In this document: positions 26,911 through 39,776 of the stretch, one piece after another
Position numbering within the stretch: the stretch's first letter is position 1
How the letters are laid out: the number at the start of each line of letters is the position of its first letter
Assembly (NCBI GenBank): GCA_040954595.2
Contig: CM082586.2
Coordinates: 4,822,509-4,886,508, forward strand
DNA from: Balanoglossus misakiensis
Lineage: Eukaryota; Animalia; Hemichordata
Reading direction: 5' to 3'
DNA length: 64,000 bases
Made by a program: the position numbers and the translations under genes
The notes under the pieces: model-generated
Databases searched by the model: none
Told to the model about the DNA's origin: nothing
Seen by the model: the letters and a program-made list of their open reading frames with translations, nothing else

Positions 26911-29900
26911 CTAACCGACGCATTGTTTATCAGTTATGTTCAAGTCCACCGTGGGCCTGTACCTCCACATGTGTCCCGCGTTCGGCGTTTCTATAGAGGG
27001 CGCTGTCTCGTGTTCGTGGCGCGCCCGCTCTTCCATGATTTCCGTGCACGTGATGCTCAGTTTGAAGTTGCCGCCGCAGAGGAAGATGAAACAGCAGTCG
27101 TGTTGCGCCGAGCCATCCACCGGTATCTGTCGGACAACACCATAAAATTTGTGAATCGGCCCCTCAATTTTTCGCCCAATCTAATCCTACCCCTACCTGG
27201 AAAAGCAGAATGGACTGTTCCTGATTCAGCGCTTGCAGGAGATCTGCTTTTCTGGAAAATGAATTCGTACTGATTTTGGCATGCGCATATCTAAATAGGG
27301 TGGAAACTCAAATACGACAGAGAACCTACCTGTGTTATTTTGACCGACGTTTGTCCCATACAGAGAACGCTACTCTGTAATTCTGTGTTGTGCGTCCCGT
27401 TCTGTTGATCTATGTACGGTTGGATGGCAAGAATACTGGAACCGACATTAACACCTGTAATGGAAATAAAATACCTGTAATTTGCATTGTAATGCTGGTG
27501 AGTGTTATGCTAGTAATCTATGTTCTCTCTGCTTAAAGGTCAAAGGTCACTATCCGTTCGACACTTTGGGGATAACAATTTTACAATTTTCACAGGCATG
27601 CAATACAGACTTTTCCACTCCCTTTTCACTGTTTAGGAGTCCAACTTTCTTCTAGAAAAACAACGGATTCGGATCAAACCATGACAATAAAAGGGTTCAA
27701 AAACCATCACTCACCGGTCTCGTTGGTAACCTTGACGTGAACCGTGACTGGCTGGCCGATGCAGAAATCGACGGGTTCGTCCATGACGTGAAACTGATCG
27801 TTCAGTGTGACCTGCCACTCAACGGGGCACTGCTTCATGTGATGAACCATGTGTTGTGAGAGGTAGAGACCATCGATGGGTAAGCAGCCGGACTTCTTAT
27901 TGGATGGGTGAGATGAGTTAAGGGAAGGTCAACTCGAAGTGTTGTCAAGACTCATTGAAGTAATAGTATCAGTACCTGCATAATACCGTTGATGACAGTA
28001 GATAATAGCCAGTCGCCAGTCAAAATGGCCATCTCTGAAAAAACACATCATCCACAATGCAAAAGTACTTCCTGCTCTCTGAAAACATCACCCACAATGC
28101 AACAGTACTTCCTGCTCTATAAAATATATCACCCACAATGCATTAGTGATTCATGCTCTCTAAAAGATGTACCTACACACAGGAGGTACTTGCATGTATA
28201 ACATAAGAACTGGACAAATTCATCAGTGCGTTGAGAGCAGAAATCTTGACTATGAAAACTGACTTCTGTAATTTGAGTCTCAAGAGGATATTATTTTCCA
28301 TCTGATGTCCACCAGAGAGGCTAGTTGCTGTGCATATCGTTTTATCAGATTGTCCTTTTCTCCGCCACTTTTCCCTCTCTCATCTCCTTTTCTTTGCATG
28401 AGTGAGAACCTTTCGACCAGCACATCAATTCTGAAAGAAAAAAAAGTCAATTTCTATCATGATCACAAACTAGTTACGTTAAAAATATAAACTGGTGTAA
28501 AAAACACAGTCAACAACTCTGTCAATGGCAATACAGGCATGTACACAAAACAGTGATTTTTTAAGAAAAAGAAATGACTGCAGGTAGTTAGAATATGGGG
28601 TTAGCACAATATCTGCCTGATATGTTGATAAACAGCCATTTTGAATTTGAATACTTCAGGATGGACACTGTTCAACTTGCTGGTATTTTCTCAAACCAAC
28701 CAGACCAGCTGATGAATGATGCAACAACACCACAAACGCTTACCTCTTTTTCTGTTTACTTTCCAAGGTACTGTCGCTCTCATCGCCGTATTGCACTATC
28801 ATCTCGTGGCTGCTCAGATTGACCATGTCAACAACCAGATGAAACTGAGTGGGACTGGGAAGAAAAGGTGAAAATGGTAAAAAACATGTACTATTTTGTT
28901 GTTGTTATTGTTGTTGTTCAGCAGGGAGCAAGTCAATGGCAATCACACTTTGATTCGCTTTCAATTACAAACTGAAGCATACCTTTTGGCAGGAATTGTT
29001 GTCCATCGAGTCAGCATGACAGAGGGCTGTATGGTGAGTTGGATGCCCACCGTGGCTATCCGCTGAAAGCCAGCGCTCAGACCAGGCCCTCCGCTGTACT
29101 GTATACGTAACACACTGTCGACCACCTGAATCAATGAAACAACAATCTTTCATCTTCTATTTGATATATTTAATATTTAATTATTCTGGGTACCATACTC
29201 AACTGAAAAACTCAATTGAGATACTCTACATGCACTACAGCTTTTTAACACAAATTCCATTATTTTCGACAAGAAGTGTCATTCAGCTGAAAATTGACAG
29301 AATTTCATTCGACTAACCTTTTTGTTGCTGTCTGACTCTGCATTGCCTGGTTCGAGTGTACCTTTGTTGTCAAGGCTACCAGATTTGGGGACTTTGAATT
29401 TGGATTCCGGGTATGGCAAAGGTGATGTCACTGAGTCTGAAATTTAAACATGGTAAATTTGTGAAGTTGAGTTGTGCTGACAGTTTAGTGACACCGATAG
29501 CGCCCCCTTGTGGTAATAACATAAAATAATGCCCCTTTTGTTCGTACATTACAGTAGAACTTAGATTGAGGTTGAGAACTGAGAAACAAATGACGTGTTT
29601 ACCTTCAGGTAGTATTGCATCAGCAGCGATAAAATCCCCCACAGCTTTGATGTAGACTGTAAATGTCAAACTACTTCCTGGCTGGACAGGAAGTTGCATC
29701 TTTATATTTTCTTCACTCCAGCTAAACATGCTGTTGATGGAAACATCTGCAAGACCAATACAAGGCAGTTGAAAATTATGGTATTCTTTGTCAAAGGAAT
29801 AAAGACAACTGGCTACATGTAATATAATAGATACAGCAAATGATGTAAATACATAAAAAAGGGACATCTAACATATACTGTAGACGTTTAACTTTAACCT

Positions 29901-32900
29901 TCTTTCAAATTTTGTAAGTAGGGACATAATCCTAACCTTTCAACTTGACCTTATCCATGGCGATGGCGATGCTCTCCATTGGCACCTTACCGCAGTTGTG
30001 TAGAGTTATTGCACATTCGTGGCTGCAAGATAAAAACAGGCGTGAACTGTTTAAGCATGGAAATGTCATATGAGAGCTCAACACCTACACACACCAACAT
30101 GTACATGTATATGTATATGCACACACAGGCATATGCTCACATACACAGACACACACACACACAACACAAAGCACTCTCTCTCTGTTTCATTTCAGGCACA
30201 TGTGTTTTTAGTTGCATACACTATGTACATGTACGGTATATGTATATGTAAAATGCACACACAGGCATATGCTCACATACGCACACGCACACACACACAC
30301 ACACACAACACACACCGATCTCCCTCACCTCTCTCCTGCCAGCAGGGACACTGCAACACTACTCAGCATGGCTTCGTTGAGGATGGCCGACGCCTTGACG
30401 CTGGCGCTCTGCGGCAGAGACGTGTGGATCTTCAGCTGCGGCAACGCCGGGACGACCTCCACTTCGTAGAAGGCCTCCGCCACCGAGGGCACATTGCTCA
30501 GTCGGCAGTGACTTCTCACACCGAGAACGTGCGAGATATAACCTGTCGATAAAACATTGACATCTAAGATCTCATGCACATTTCCACAAGTCTTTCTGAG
30601 ATGCATAAATTCAACAACTGTACGATTACAATAACAACAGGACTTGATCCCTGGAGTACCAGACAAAGTGAACGAAACAGAATCGGCAGTGAGTAATACT
30701 TACCAACTATCTTGAGGGTACCAGACCCCTTAGGTGACCCATGAATGACTAATGGATACGGCCCTGATTCAGCTGGCAAGGAAAACGTTGCAGGGACCGG
30801 GTCGAACTGCAAACCTTCAGCTAGCAATCCCTAGATAAGACAAAAAAAGCTTTCATGATATTGTACGCATTTTACAGAGCTATGAAAGACCAGCTGAATA
30901 AAATGGTGTATCAGAACGTATAAATATATATAACTTCTTGATTGGAGTACTTACCATATTATCTACCTTGAGTTCAAATGGCAGTGGATTATGGACTTGT
31001 AGTGTTATTTCACATGTATCGCCCTCAACCCATTTGAATGCTGCAAAGAAATCACCATTATCTGTGTTAGTTGTACATCATTTGGTGAATGTCATAGTTT
31101 AATGGGACAACTTCACCATAGATAACAATGGGTTTGGACCATACCATGGTGGTTAAAGGGTTGAACTTGGGTCGACTTACTCATCTTGGTTTTCGACTTT
31201 CCCTTGCCGTCCACTTTGGTCTGTGCTTTGATTGGTGTGTAGATGAAGGGATTGTTTGTGATGGGAGGCGTTTTGATCCCTCCACTGTTACCGACGTCGT
31301 GCGGTTGGAGGTGCGATGAAAGCGGGGACAATTTGAAAGACCTGCGGAGAATTAAACATGTATCAGGGATTTCTTGTCAATAGCACAAGCACCAAGAAAG
31401 TTAATGAGATGTTGCATAATATATTTTGCTCATAACACACAGCATACTTATTTCATATTTGCTGTCTTTTACAAACCAACAACAAGGTCCATATACAGCT
31501 TACAGCCAACAAGATAAATGCTGAGCAAATGTATATCTGATGTGAAAACACTACAAAATGATGTGTTTTTTTAAGCTAGCATGACTTTTACAGTGGTTAC
31601 TATAGCTAGACGAGTGAATTCAGAAGAGATTAAAAGAATCCCTATTCTGTGAGCTGATAGATGACCACACTGCAATGGTTTACACAAGAAAATAACAATT
31701 CACATACTGCACACACTTACTTGACCATGGGGAATTTATTGAGTGGAACGCCAGGAATAATGGTGCCGTTCTCTAATGCCAAAGGCGTGGGGGTTCCGGG
31801 GCACTTTGCCGTGTAGCTCTCCAACACCGTACACATCTCCTTCCTCTCGCCTTGCGTCATGTAATCAAATAGTGTATGCAGCATAAAACACATGTGCCTG
31901 CAAACGCAACACAAAGAGTGTGTGTGAGTCACTGTAGGTCAAAGGTTTGTCACTGGACATGCATTTCAGGTACAGGTCACTTCAGTGGTCAGTCAATAGT
32001 CAGTCACTGGCCACCTTCACATGGTGCAGTCATTTTCACTGAACTTCAGCAGGTTAGGTCATGGGTCAGGCATCAATACAGATATTGGCAACATGTACAG
32101 GTCAGTCAAACTACACATTGTCTGTCGTAATGATGCAAAGCAAAATGTTAAGATGACCGTGACTTTGACCATGGGAATCAACTAGAAGGAAAATGTGGCA
32201 ATGACTCATTTATAAACATTGGAGTACTGGAAATAGTGAGTTGAAACTGAAACTTGCAAAGTCCACTTCAGAACCTACCTGACTGCGAGAGCTGGGTTTC
32301 CCATTCGTTTTGCCGTATACACTAATTCATGAAGAACTCTCAGTTGCACCACCGGCCATCCACTCATGTGTGCTGTCATAGAGAAAAGTACATGATGGGT
32401 ATGCTGACTTATTACAATCACTTCTTACATGTGCTCATGTATAGTTAGATGGTCTTAATGATACAGACGGAATTACAAGTACATTTGTATTTTGTATCAA
32501 TACTGAGTCTCAGATATCATCTTAGATGAAACCTGCTTCACATTGATCTCGTTTCACATAGCACTCATAGCTAATGAATGGGCCCATACTGCAAGGTGAA
32601 TATATAAAACTCAATTTCGTTGGAAAATCACTGATCATCTTCTTTCTAATTCCACTAAGCATAACATAGGCTGATCTAGGCATGTCGTATTTACAACAGC
32701 CAGATAAAGTCAAAATCTATGTGATGTAACTTTCTGTTCCTGTGTCATACTCACTGGTTGGATTATCTCTTGGATCCAGTGGTAATCTGTATCCATCCAG
32801 GGCTTGGAGAAGTAGATTGTGACACTGAAAAAAAAATTGTATAGAATAAGTATAATAAACCCTTCAATCTCTTTCATCCCCACTACACTTTCTGAATTAC

Positions 32901-35900
32901 AGTAAAAATTCTTCAGTCTACAAGTTCAACAATAGGGAGGTAAACAAATGAATGGAAGAGCAGAATATCACACGGCAGTTCCATCACTCACCGGCACCCA
33001 CCCCGGGTGGGGATTCTGCGGCGACACGCACTGCATCGCGGCGACTCGCTTGAAGAACGACGCCTTCCGGTGAAAGCCGATCTGTGCGTACAAGACGGAC
33101 AGCGTACTGTATCTCTGTATCTTCTCTTCGTCCGACAGCGATAAGTTGATGTACACCACATTTTGGAGAAAGTCTGAAGCTTCTAAATATTTCTGCAGAA
33201 GAAGAAAAGGAGAAACATTTGACATGATTCATGCGTGTAACCTCTGGAATACTGTACAAAACTGGAATGGAACGAGAGGAAAGAACAGAGTGAATACTGT
33301 ACTTACATTCTGTTGTATGAGTACCCTGGTTGCTTTGATGCTGGCCTCCATTTCAACAATACCAGCATTTTTATACTGAAACAGACGGAGACAATCAAGG
33401 TCAATATTTATTTAATTAAAGTATCAAAAGTCAGCATTTTAGAGCAAAGCTATCGAACTACCTGATGTTTTTAACTCTGCTGCAGTGATTTCACTGTGGC
33501 ACTAAAAATTACAGGCAGCAAAATAATGAAGTGTGCAGAATTGATAACTGCCCAGCACTGAAGTTATTTCATACTGGAAAATAAAACATTGGAAAATAAA
33601 CACAATCACAAGATAAATGAAAATGCAAAATGACGCCCTAAGCTGTGAATCTTAAATTTGCTGGGTATGTGTGCACCATAATTATGTGTAAAACGGCACG
33701 ATTTTATCATCTCTGTCGGTCTGTAAATAACTAACCTTGAACTATAATAGTATATAGAAATTATGAATTCTAACTCCCTGTTGTGCGCCAATTCATTGTA
33801 AAAACCCATGTTTACAAAATTTCAACGGGGCAAACATGTAGTTTCAACAAATCCACAAATTCGCAACAACATGCCATTTTAAACAGAGAGAGACTGCCGC
33901 AAACCATGACCTCTCATTCAATTGTATTACAGTTTACAGTAACACAAGGTCGTAGTTCAATGCCGTGAAACCAAGGTCATCCATTCGGCTGACTGTAGGC
34001 CAAGGTTTCTCCCCATTCATTGCTACACTCAAAGATTTCCGCATTCATGGCTTACACCCGCGGGCTCCAAAACTCATCACCAAGCACTGCAGGACAAAAT
34101 GTACACACGCGATGAATGAACTTTGACCTTTGAACTCACCTTGCTGTACTGCACAATGGCGTCCCTGTACTTCTCAATGATTTCGTCGGCCGCCAGGCAG
34201 TTCTTGGGCGGCTTCGAATCCAAGCTTTCTGAGAAACCGTTGGCTGTGTACGTACCTGTACAGACACAGAAGAAGCTCTACATGAAGTCTTATCAATATT
34301 TTCTTACATGTATTATACCTACTTCTAATCCAATACGAACAATGAAACACACATAAATGTTATCTTGCTATTGAATTGAGAAGTTGTTTAAAAATTTATC
34401 GCTATACCGCACAATTTCTGACAAATTGGTCTACGAGATTAAAACCTCATTTTTCATCATAAACACCAGAAACCTGGACTGCAAAGACTGTAGCACTAAA
34501 ACTGGAAAATATCCTAATGAAATGGAAAACATGATTCACTATCAACATACTTGTTTTGTGCCTGATGTTTTGAACTCTGGCCGGACTTCCATGGAAGGTA
34601 AGATTCCTGGAAAACACTGGTCTAAATGAATCTGGATAAAGCGTTATCACGGATGCTGAACACATTCCTTCATAAGCCCCTGGATAAGGAAACATGGAAA
34701 AAGAAACATTTTTTATAACTTTTGAAAAATGATACAACTTGAACTACTGGAGCTGAAACATGCCTATGATTGTCAAACATAGAATTTCAGATGTCAGTTT
34801 AGACACCTAATTAAATTGTGTCACATTTGATGTTACAAGACATATCCAGTCATGAGCTCTATCTTGCTACCGACAGCCAATCAAAATGGCTGAACTATGA
34901 GCTGCATGCATTGACCTGTTTACCACAGCCAATCATTGGACCAAACCTGTTTGCAACAGCCAATCACAGCTCACCTGCTAGCCACAGCCAATCATTGGCA
35001 GATTTCAACGTATCAGCTGCTGCCTGGTAGTGGATGAAAGCGTCTTGAGTGAACCCGGCCTGCAGACATAAATCCCCCACATGTTTTCTCATCCGTCCTT
35101 GAATTCTCTTCTTGTAATTTCTGCGACAAAATGTAACATTTTGTTAAACCCTTAAATGTCGTATCTGTGTTGTACCTGGCTATTTTTGCACAAAATATTT
35201 CTTAAAAACTAATTATACTATTTTTCTCACTAAAAATAGAAAAGAAATTGCAATACAATTTTTCAGAGGAAAAATACATGTCCAGTAGAAACTAGATTTG
35301 TGGTGATTTTGTGCGTTGAATTTCAATGAGTGTGAAACATGAACAGAATGAACAAAGTGTTATTATTAACAATAACATCAATGTAAGGTTGTTGACATCT
35401 CAAGCAAAGAAGCCAGTTAGCCTATTGAGTGAGAATAATCAATGTACATTGAAATCTAGTCAGACTGTATGTCATGAGAAACATAGCATAAAAAATGTTA
35501 CCTTGATGACACAATGGTAGAGGAACACTCACCTGCTTTCTGTGTCGATGCCGACGAAATCTCTCTTTTCAAACGGAGCCATAAGTAGCGGGGCCCTGTC
35601 TCCTTTATCGCTCGACTTATCGAGTCTTTTCGATTCCAACACCCAGAACAGAGAAGCGGCGAATTCCCGGAGCTGATCCTCCAGTTTCGCGCAGTCCTCG
35701 AAACTCGGATAGAAGACAAAGTCCGGCCGGTTCTGCGGCGACTGCTCGTTGGCCGCGCCCGTGTCCCCGAACACCATGCAGCGCGAGTTGTACAGGGTGT
35801 TCTTGTAGCCTTCCTTGAGCGAGTCGAAGTTGGCCTGGATGTTGGCCAGGTCGCTCTCGGAGGTGCACTTCCCGATGCACAGAAGCCCCAGGACTTTGCG

Positions 35901-36122
35901 GTGGCACTGGAACTCGCCCCAGTCGCTGTTCGCCTGCGGCACGTTCCTCTTGTACCGCAGGCACACCCTCCTCTTGCCGTCCGGCAGACGCACGTACGTC
36001 TCCCGGGAGATCCGGTCGAATATCTTGTTGTACGCTTTGACTTTGTGAGGCCCCACCGCCTTCAGGAGCACCAGCAACGCTTGGTGGTCCTCCACTCGTT
36101 GACTGTAATCAGCAAAACTCAT
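26911..36122 (-). CDS. TRAPPC9: Trafficking protein particle complex subunit 9 (TRAPPC9/NIBP/Trs120), 22 coding exons, about 1151 aa
   Basis: N-terminus [20 protein letters not shown] plus motifs [63 protein letters not shown] and NPLPFELKV match TRAPPC9. Exons: 36122-35533, 35120-34975, 34679-34551, 34255-34140, 33375-33307, 33192-32992, 32824-32755, 32372-32279, 31897-31721, 31341-31181, 31040-30955, 30830-30704, 30542-30329, 30022-29937, 29746-29603, 29436-29318, 29125-28983, 28854-28744, 28430-28292, 27907-27715, 27454-27330, 27126-26911. They total 3456 nt in one continuous frame. Confidence 0.95.
27908..28291 (-). other. AT-AC U12-type (minor spliceosome) intron in TRAPPC9
   Basis: 5' end ATATCCTC, branch point TTCCCTTAAC (27926-27917), 3' end AC. 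Joins IRWKI to PSNKKSG in frame. Confidence 0.9.
28032..28190. repeat. About 40-bp minisatellite (3-4 copies) inside the U12 intron
   Basis: Variants of tctctgaaaacatcacccacaatgcaacagtacttcctgc in tandem. Confidence 0.8.
30098..30320. repeat. Intronic duplicated segment with CA microsatellite
   Basis: atgtacatgta...atgcacacacaggcatatgctcacatac...(ca)n occurs twice, near 30099 and 30223. Confidence 0.8.
35533..36122 (-). CDS. TRAPPC9: TRAPPC9 first coding exon (largest exon)
   Basis: ORF-track 35529..36137; ATG at 36122 just after an acceptor at 36131-36130; donor gtgag after ...DTESR. Confidence 0.95.
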
Positions 36123-37510
36123 CTTGAATCTGAACAAAGAAGAAAGAATTTCATCACATTCACTAGATCAGTGTGCCATCGCTGTAATACAGTTACATGT
36201 ACGGAGGTTTGTCAAACTGAACTTGGAATTTCAGTGTTCTTGCTTAGGTTGGGGAACATTCGTAAATGATTTGGTAACCCCAGTAACACTTCTGCTACCT
36301 ATTAATATGACTGCATTGATATGCTAAGGGAATCTCAGGTAACCGCGGTAACATTTACCTATGTACTGCCATTAACAAAACCACTGAATTTATGCTCACA
36401 TAAATTGTGTTCGGGTAATAGATATGCATATGATAACTGGCGTCACCAGGACGGGGATAAGTCTAACATTTCACCAGTTATCAATAATATAAAGGACAGT
36501 GATTCCACAAACATCAATAACAAGAATGCTGTAGAGTGCAGATCTTTGCTGCCCCTTGGCAAAAATTACACATCAATACTCCTTTTTCTGGTTATTCCTG
36601 AGTGCAGTTTACATCCACATGCTCATGGCAGATTGAAGAGACATATTTTTGTTTACCAGGGAGCTGTGTCTTGTTTTATTTTAAAGGGACAGTAGCTGCA
36701 ACTTTTGATTTATTACTTCACTTTTTTGTTCTGTGCGACATATATGGCTTCTTGTTCTACTCACTATTTAAAGCATTGTTAAAAGTTATTCACAGTTTTC
36801 AAGTTTTCACATCTTGTAGACAAAGGACCTGCAAAGTGGAATGTTGACATTTGAATATTTGTCCACACTAAAATTCAATTGTCAACAATAACATTGCCAG
36901 TATATACTGTTATGTATACATATAAGCCTGTGCTGTACTTGACACATAAAATATTGAACATATAAATTAAAGTGACAGCTACTACCACTTAAATGATCTG
37001 AAATCAAAACCTGCAAATATGAAATCGATCATCTCATCTACACTATGCTTCAGTATCACTAACTGGTGAGAGTGGTCTAATTTTTTTTATGGTAAAATTA
37101 TAACCTTTTAATTAATCTTCGTGAGATCTCGAATAGATGGCAACGAAGTAAAGGTCGGGTGATATGCTGACACAGTAAGTAAATAAAAGGTGTCAAGTAT
37201 CAGATATCATTACGATCTTGCTACTACTACAGTGTATGGCTTTCTGAATGGTGTATGGGGTCGGCGACCTTAATATTTTAAGATGACTTGCGTGTGCGGA
37301 GATTCCCCGACGAAGGCCCGGTCTGTCTGTGATCGGCTAAATAAAGAGACATGACCATGAAATACAGTGATCGACAGCTGCGGCGGACAAACCATTAGGC
37401 AATAGTCAGCGACGCCATCTGCGATTACAAGCCGTCCGAGCGTCTGTGAAATTTGATCGAGTTGACGAAAAACGAAGGGGCGTTGTACCGATGACAACGC
37501 CGGTACTTAC

Positions 37511-37922
37511 CCGTTTCAGGGCAATCGCGGGTATCCTTCCACAAGATCTCTTACATTGTGAATTATATCGAGGCAGGAAATCTAACGTGGACTCTCAGAA
37601 ACACCAAAATACTGGCCATCTGCGAAAAAACAGCCGATTCCTGCGAAAACGAATCGCCATGTTGGATTATTATGACTGATTAGTGGGAATCAAAAAGGAG
37701 GTAAGTGCGTGATATTCAGTCACGTCTTCGTCATCATTTGATTGCTTAAACTTTAAAAATATAGCAAGATAAAAAATATTCACCCCTATAATCATCATTT
37801 GTATTTTTCAGATTTCTTTTTAATTTGTCCAAATGTCGATAATTTAAGGCTTTGGGAAAAAAAATTGCGAAACCAAGTTATTATCGAACCCACAGACTAT
37901 GTATGCCTGTCCCAAAACAAAG
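37511..37922. promoter_or_regulatory. Putative bidirectional promoter and non-coding first exon of TRAPPC9
   Basis: Minus-strand donor gtaagt ending an exon at 37511; CpG-rich; YY1-like caacatggcg on the minus strand (about 37664-37655) and aagatggcgg over the CHRAC1 ATG on the plus strand. Confidence 0.55.
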
Positions 37923-38626
37923 ATGGCGGAAAACAAGCTGTCGGCTTTGCCAATATCCCGGATAAAGACAATCATGAAAACTTCCCCGGAGGTTTCATCG
38001 ATTGGTCAAGAAGCAATCATAGTTGTAGCGAAGGCAACGGTGAGCAGTCTTGTTCATGTTTGCATGATGACAAATTGTTTTGGCGCTAGATTTGCCGCAA
38101 GATGTAGACAGTATTATGTACACTGCTACACACAGTAACTTGATTGTGGGCAAAACTTGCATGGCAAGATTGGTACAGTAACTACACGTGTCGTTAGTCA
38201 CACTTACCGAACAACAGGACTGTCAAACTGGAGTTTCATTCACTGATATTTGACTTGTTGTAATTTCGCCGCAGGAGTTATTCATCGGTGACCTTGCACA
38301 GAGAGCATATGAAAAACAGACAGAGGATGAAAATAAGCTGACATATAGAGACTTGGCAACGGTTGTGAAGGAAACAGAGTCAATGGAGTTTCTGGAAGGT
38401 AGGTCTATGCAACTTTAGGATCAAGACAAAGGGTTGTTCGTCTTTGTATAACAAAGCCTTACAGGGCGACATGTATAATATTTATCCTGTCTTCCTGACT
38501 AGTTTTCTTGACGTTGTTATTTCAGACATTCTACCGCCGAAGATTGTCGGAAGAGACTTCCTCAGGTTACGCAAGGCAAAAGCTGAAGCGGCAGCAGCAG
38601 CGAAAGAGGGAACAAGTAACGGCTGA
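37923..38626 (+). CDS. CHRAC1: Chromatin accessibility complex protein 1 (histone-fold protein), 3 exons, 113 aa
   Basis: Exons 37923-38039, 38275-38398, 38526-38626 give MAENKLSALPISRIKTIMKTSPEVSSIGQEAIIVVAKATELFIGDLA...LTYRDLA...MEFLEDILPPKI, matching CHRAC1 (LPLSRIRVIMKSSPEVSSINQEA...AKATELF...FLADILPKKI). AATAAA near 38982. Confidence 0.92.
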
Positions 38627-39776
38627 TAGGCTGAAAGTATTTCACGAGAGAGAGAGATAGAGAGAGAGAGTAAAACAAACTCTTGAGATCTTCACCTATT
38701 GTTGGTGTACGTAAACACTATGGGTGCCTGTCATTATGATACTCTGCCAAACTCAAACTGAATGAGTGAACCCTGAAGAAAGCCATGTAGCTTTCTGTCT
38801 GCACAACCCCAGCCTTCAATTGACAGAACTCTATGATGTTATGCAGAAATTTTGTTTGCACTGACAGGGAACAGACAACATGGAGATCATGTATATCATT
38901 TATATGACTTTCACTTAGAATACTTTTGTATGGATGAATTTTTGTAGGATACAGCCAGTTATTTTGTCTGCTTTTTATAATAATAAAAGGTTAGCTTTTT
39001 GATTATAAATATTGTACTCAGTGTGGATTACTTCAAGTTCATCACTCAATATACAGTACACTGTACAGTGCCAATTGGAAATTGGGGGAGGGAAGGGGTT
39101 GTGTATAACAAAAGACATGTCCGCTTTGTGACAGTATGAAACATTATTTTCTAAGTAAAAGTTTATTTCCATGAGAAATCAAAGCAGTGCTTTTGTACCC
39201 GTGTTTTATAGCCCCCCTGTACACAGAAAAGAAAAACAACACCAAAAACTTGATCTAACTCATGGTGGCGCTGTTGACAGCTGCCCATTTTCTCTTCGAA
39301 TCTTTATTCACTTGGTTTACGGCAAATTACGCGGCTTGTGAAAATGGTCATCTAAAAAGACCCTTTAAACTCCAGCGCCAGGTAAATGAGGTTAAAAGTG
39401 AATAATCACAACATATCAGTAGAGACGGGTCTTACGAATAGTGACGTCATACTTTTTTGCGACATTCGCCATCGGAGGCTACTTGGCGACTGCGCATGTC
39501 TATTAATGCAATGTTGATAAACACAGCTGATAACGTGAAGTTTACACTGGTGCTGTCCCTTTCCTTGTATGTTTTTGAGGTAGACGCGTGTCTGATGGAA
39601 CCAAGAGTCTATCCGATAGGTATGTAAGGTCATCAAAGAGGCAGCAGATGAGGTGTTCAACTTTTGGAAAACCAGATCACCAATTTTATACAGCTTGCAG
39701 TTTGGAGAACAGAGTTTCGAGACCCCGGAAGTAGCAGACTGCTTTACATCATAACTGGAACTACGACAATAACATA

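Noticed and set aside
29376-29867. 163-aa ORF as a separate gene
   Set aside because: Read-through of TRAPPC9 exon 29746-29603 into its flanking introns.
35617-36269. Overlapping ORFs on other frames and strand of the first TRAPPC9 coding exon
   Set aside because: Shadow ORFs caused by high GC at third codon positions.
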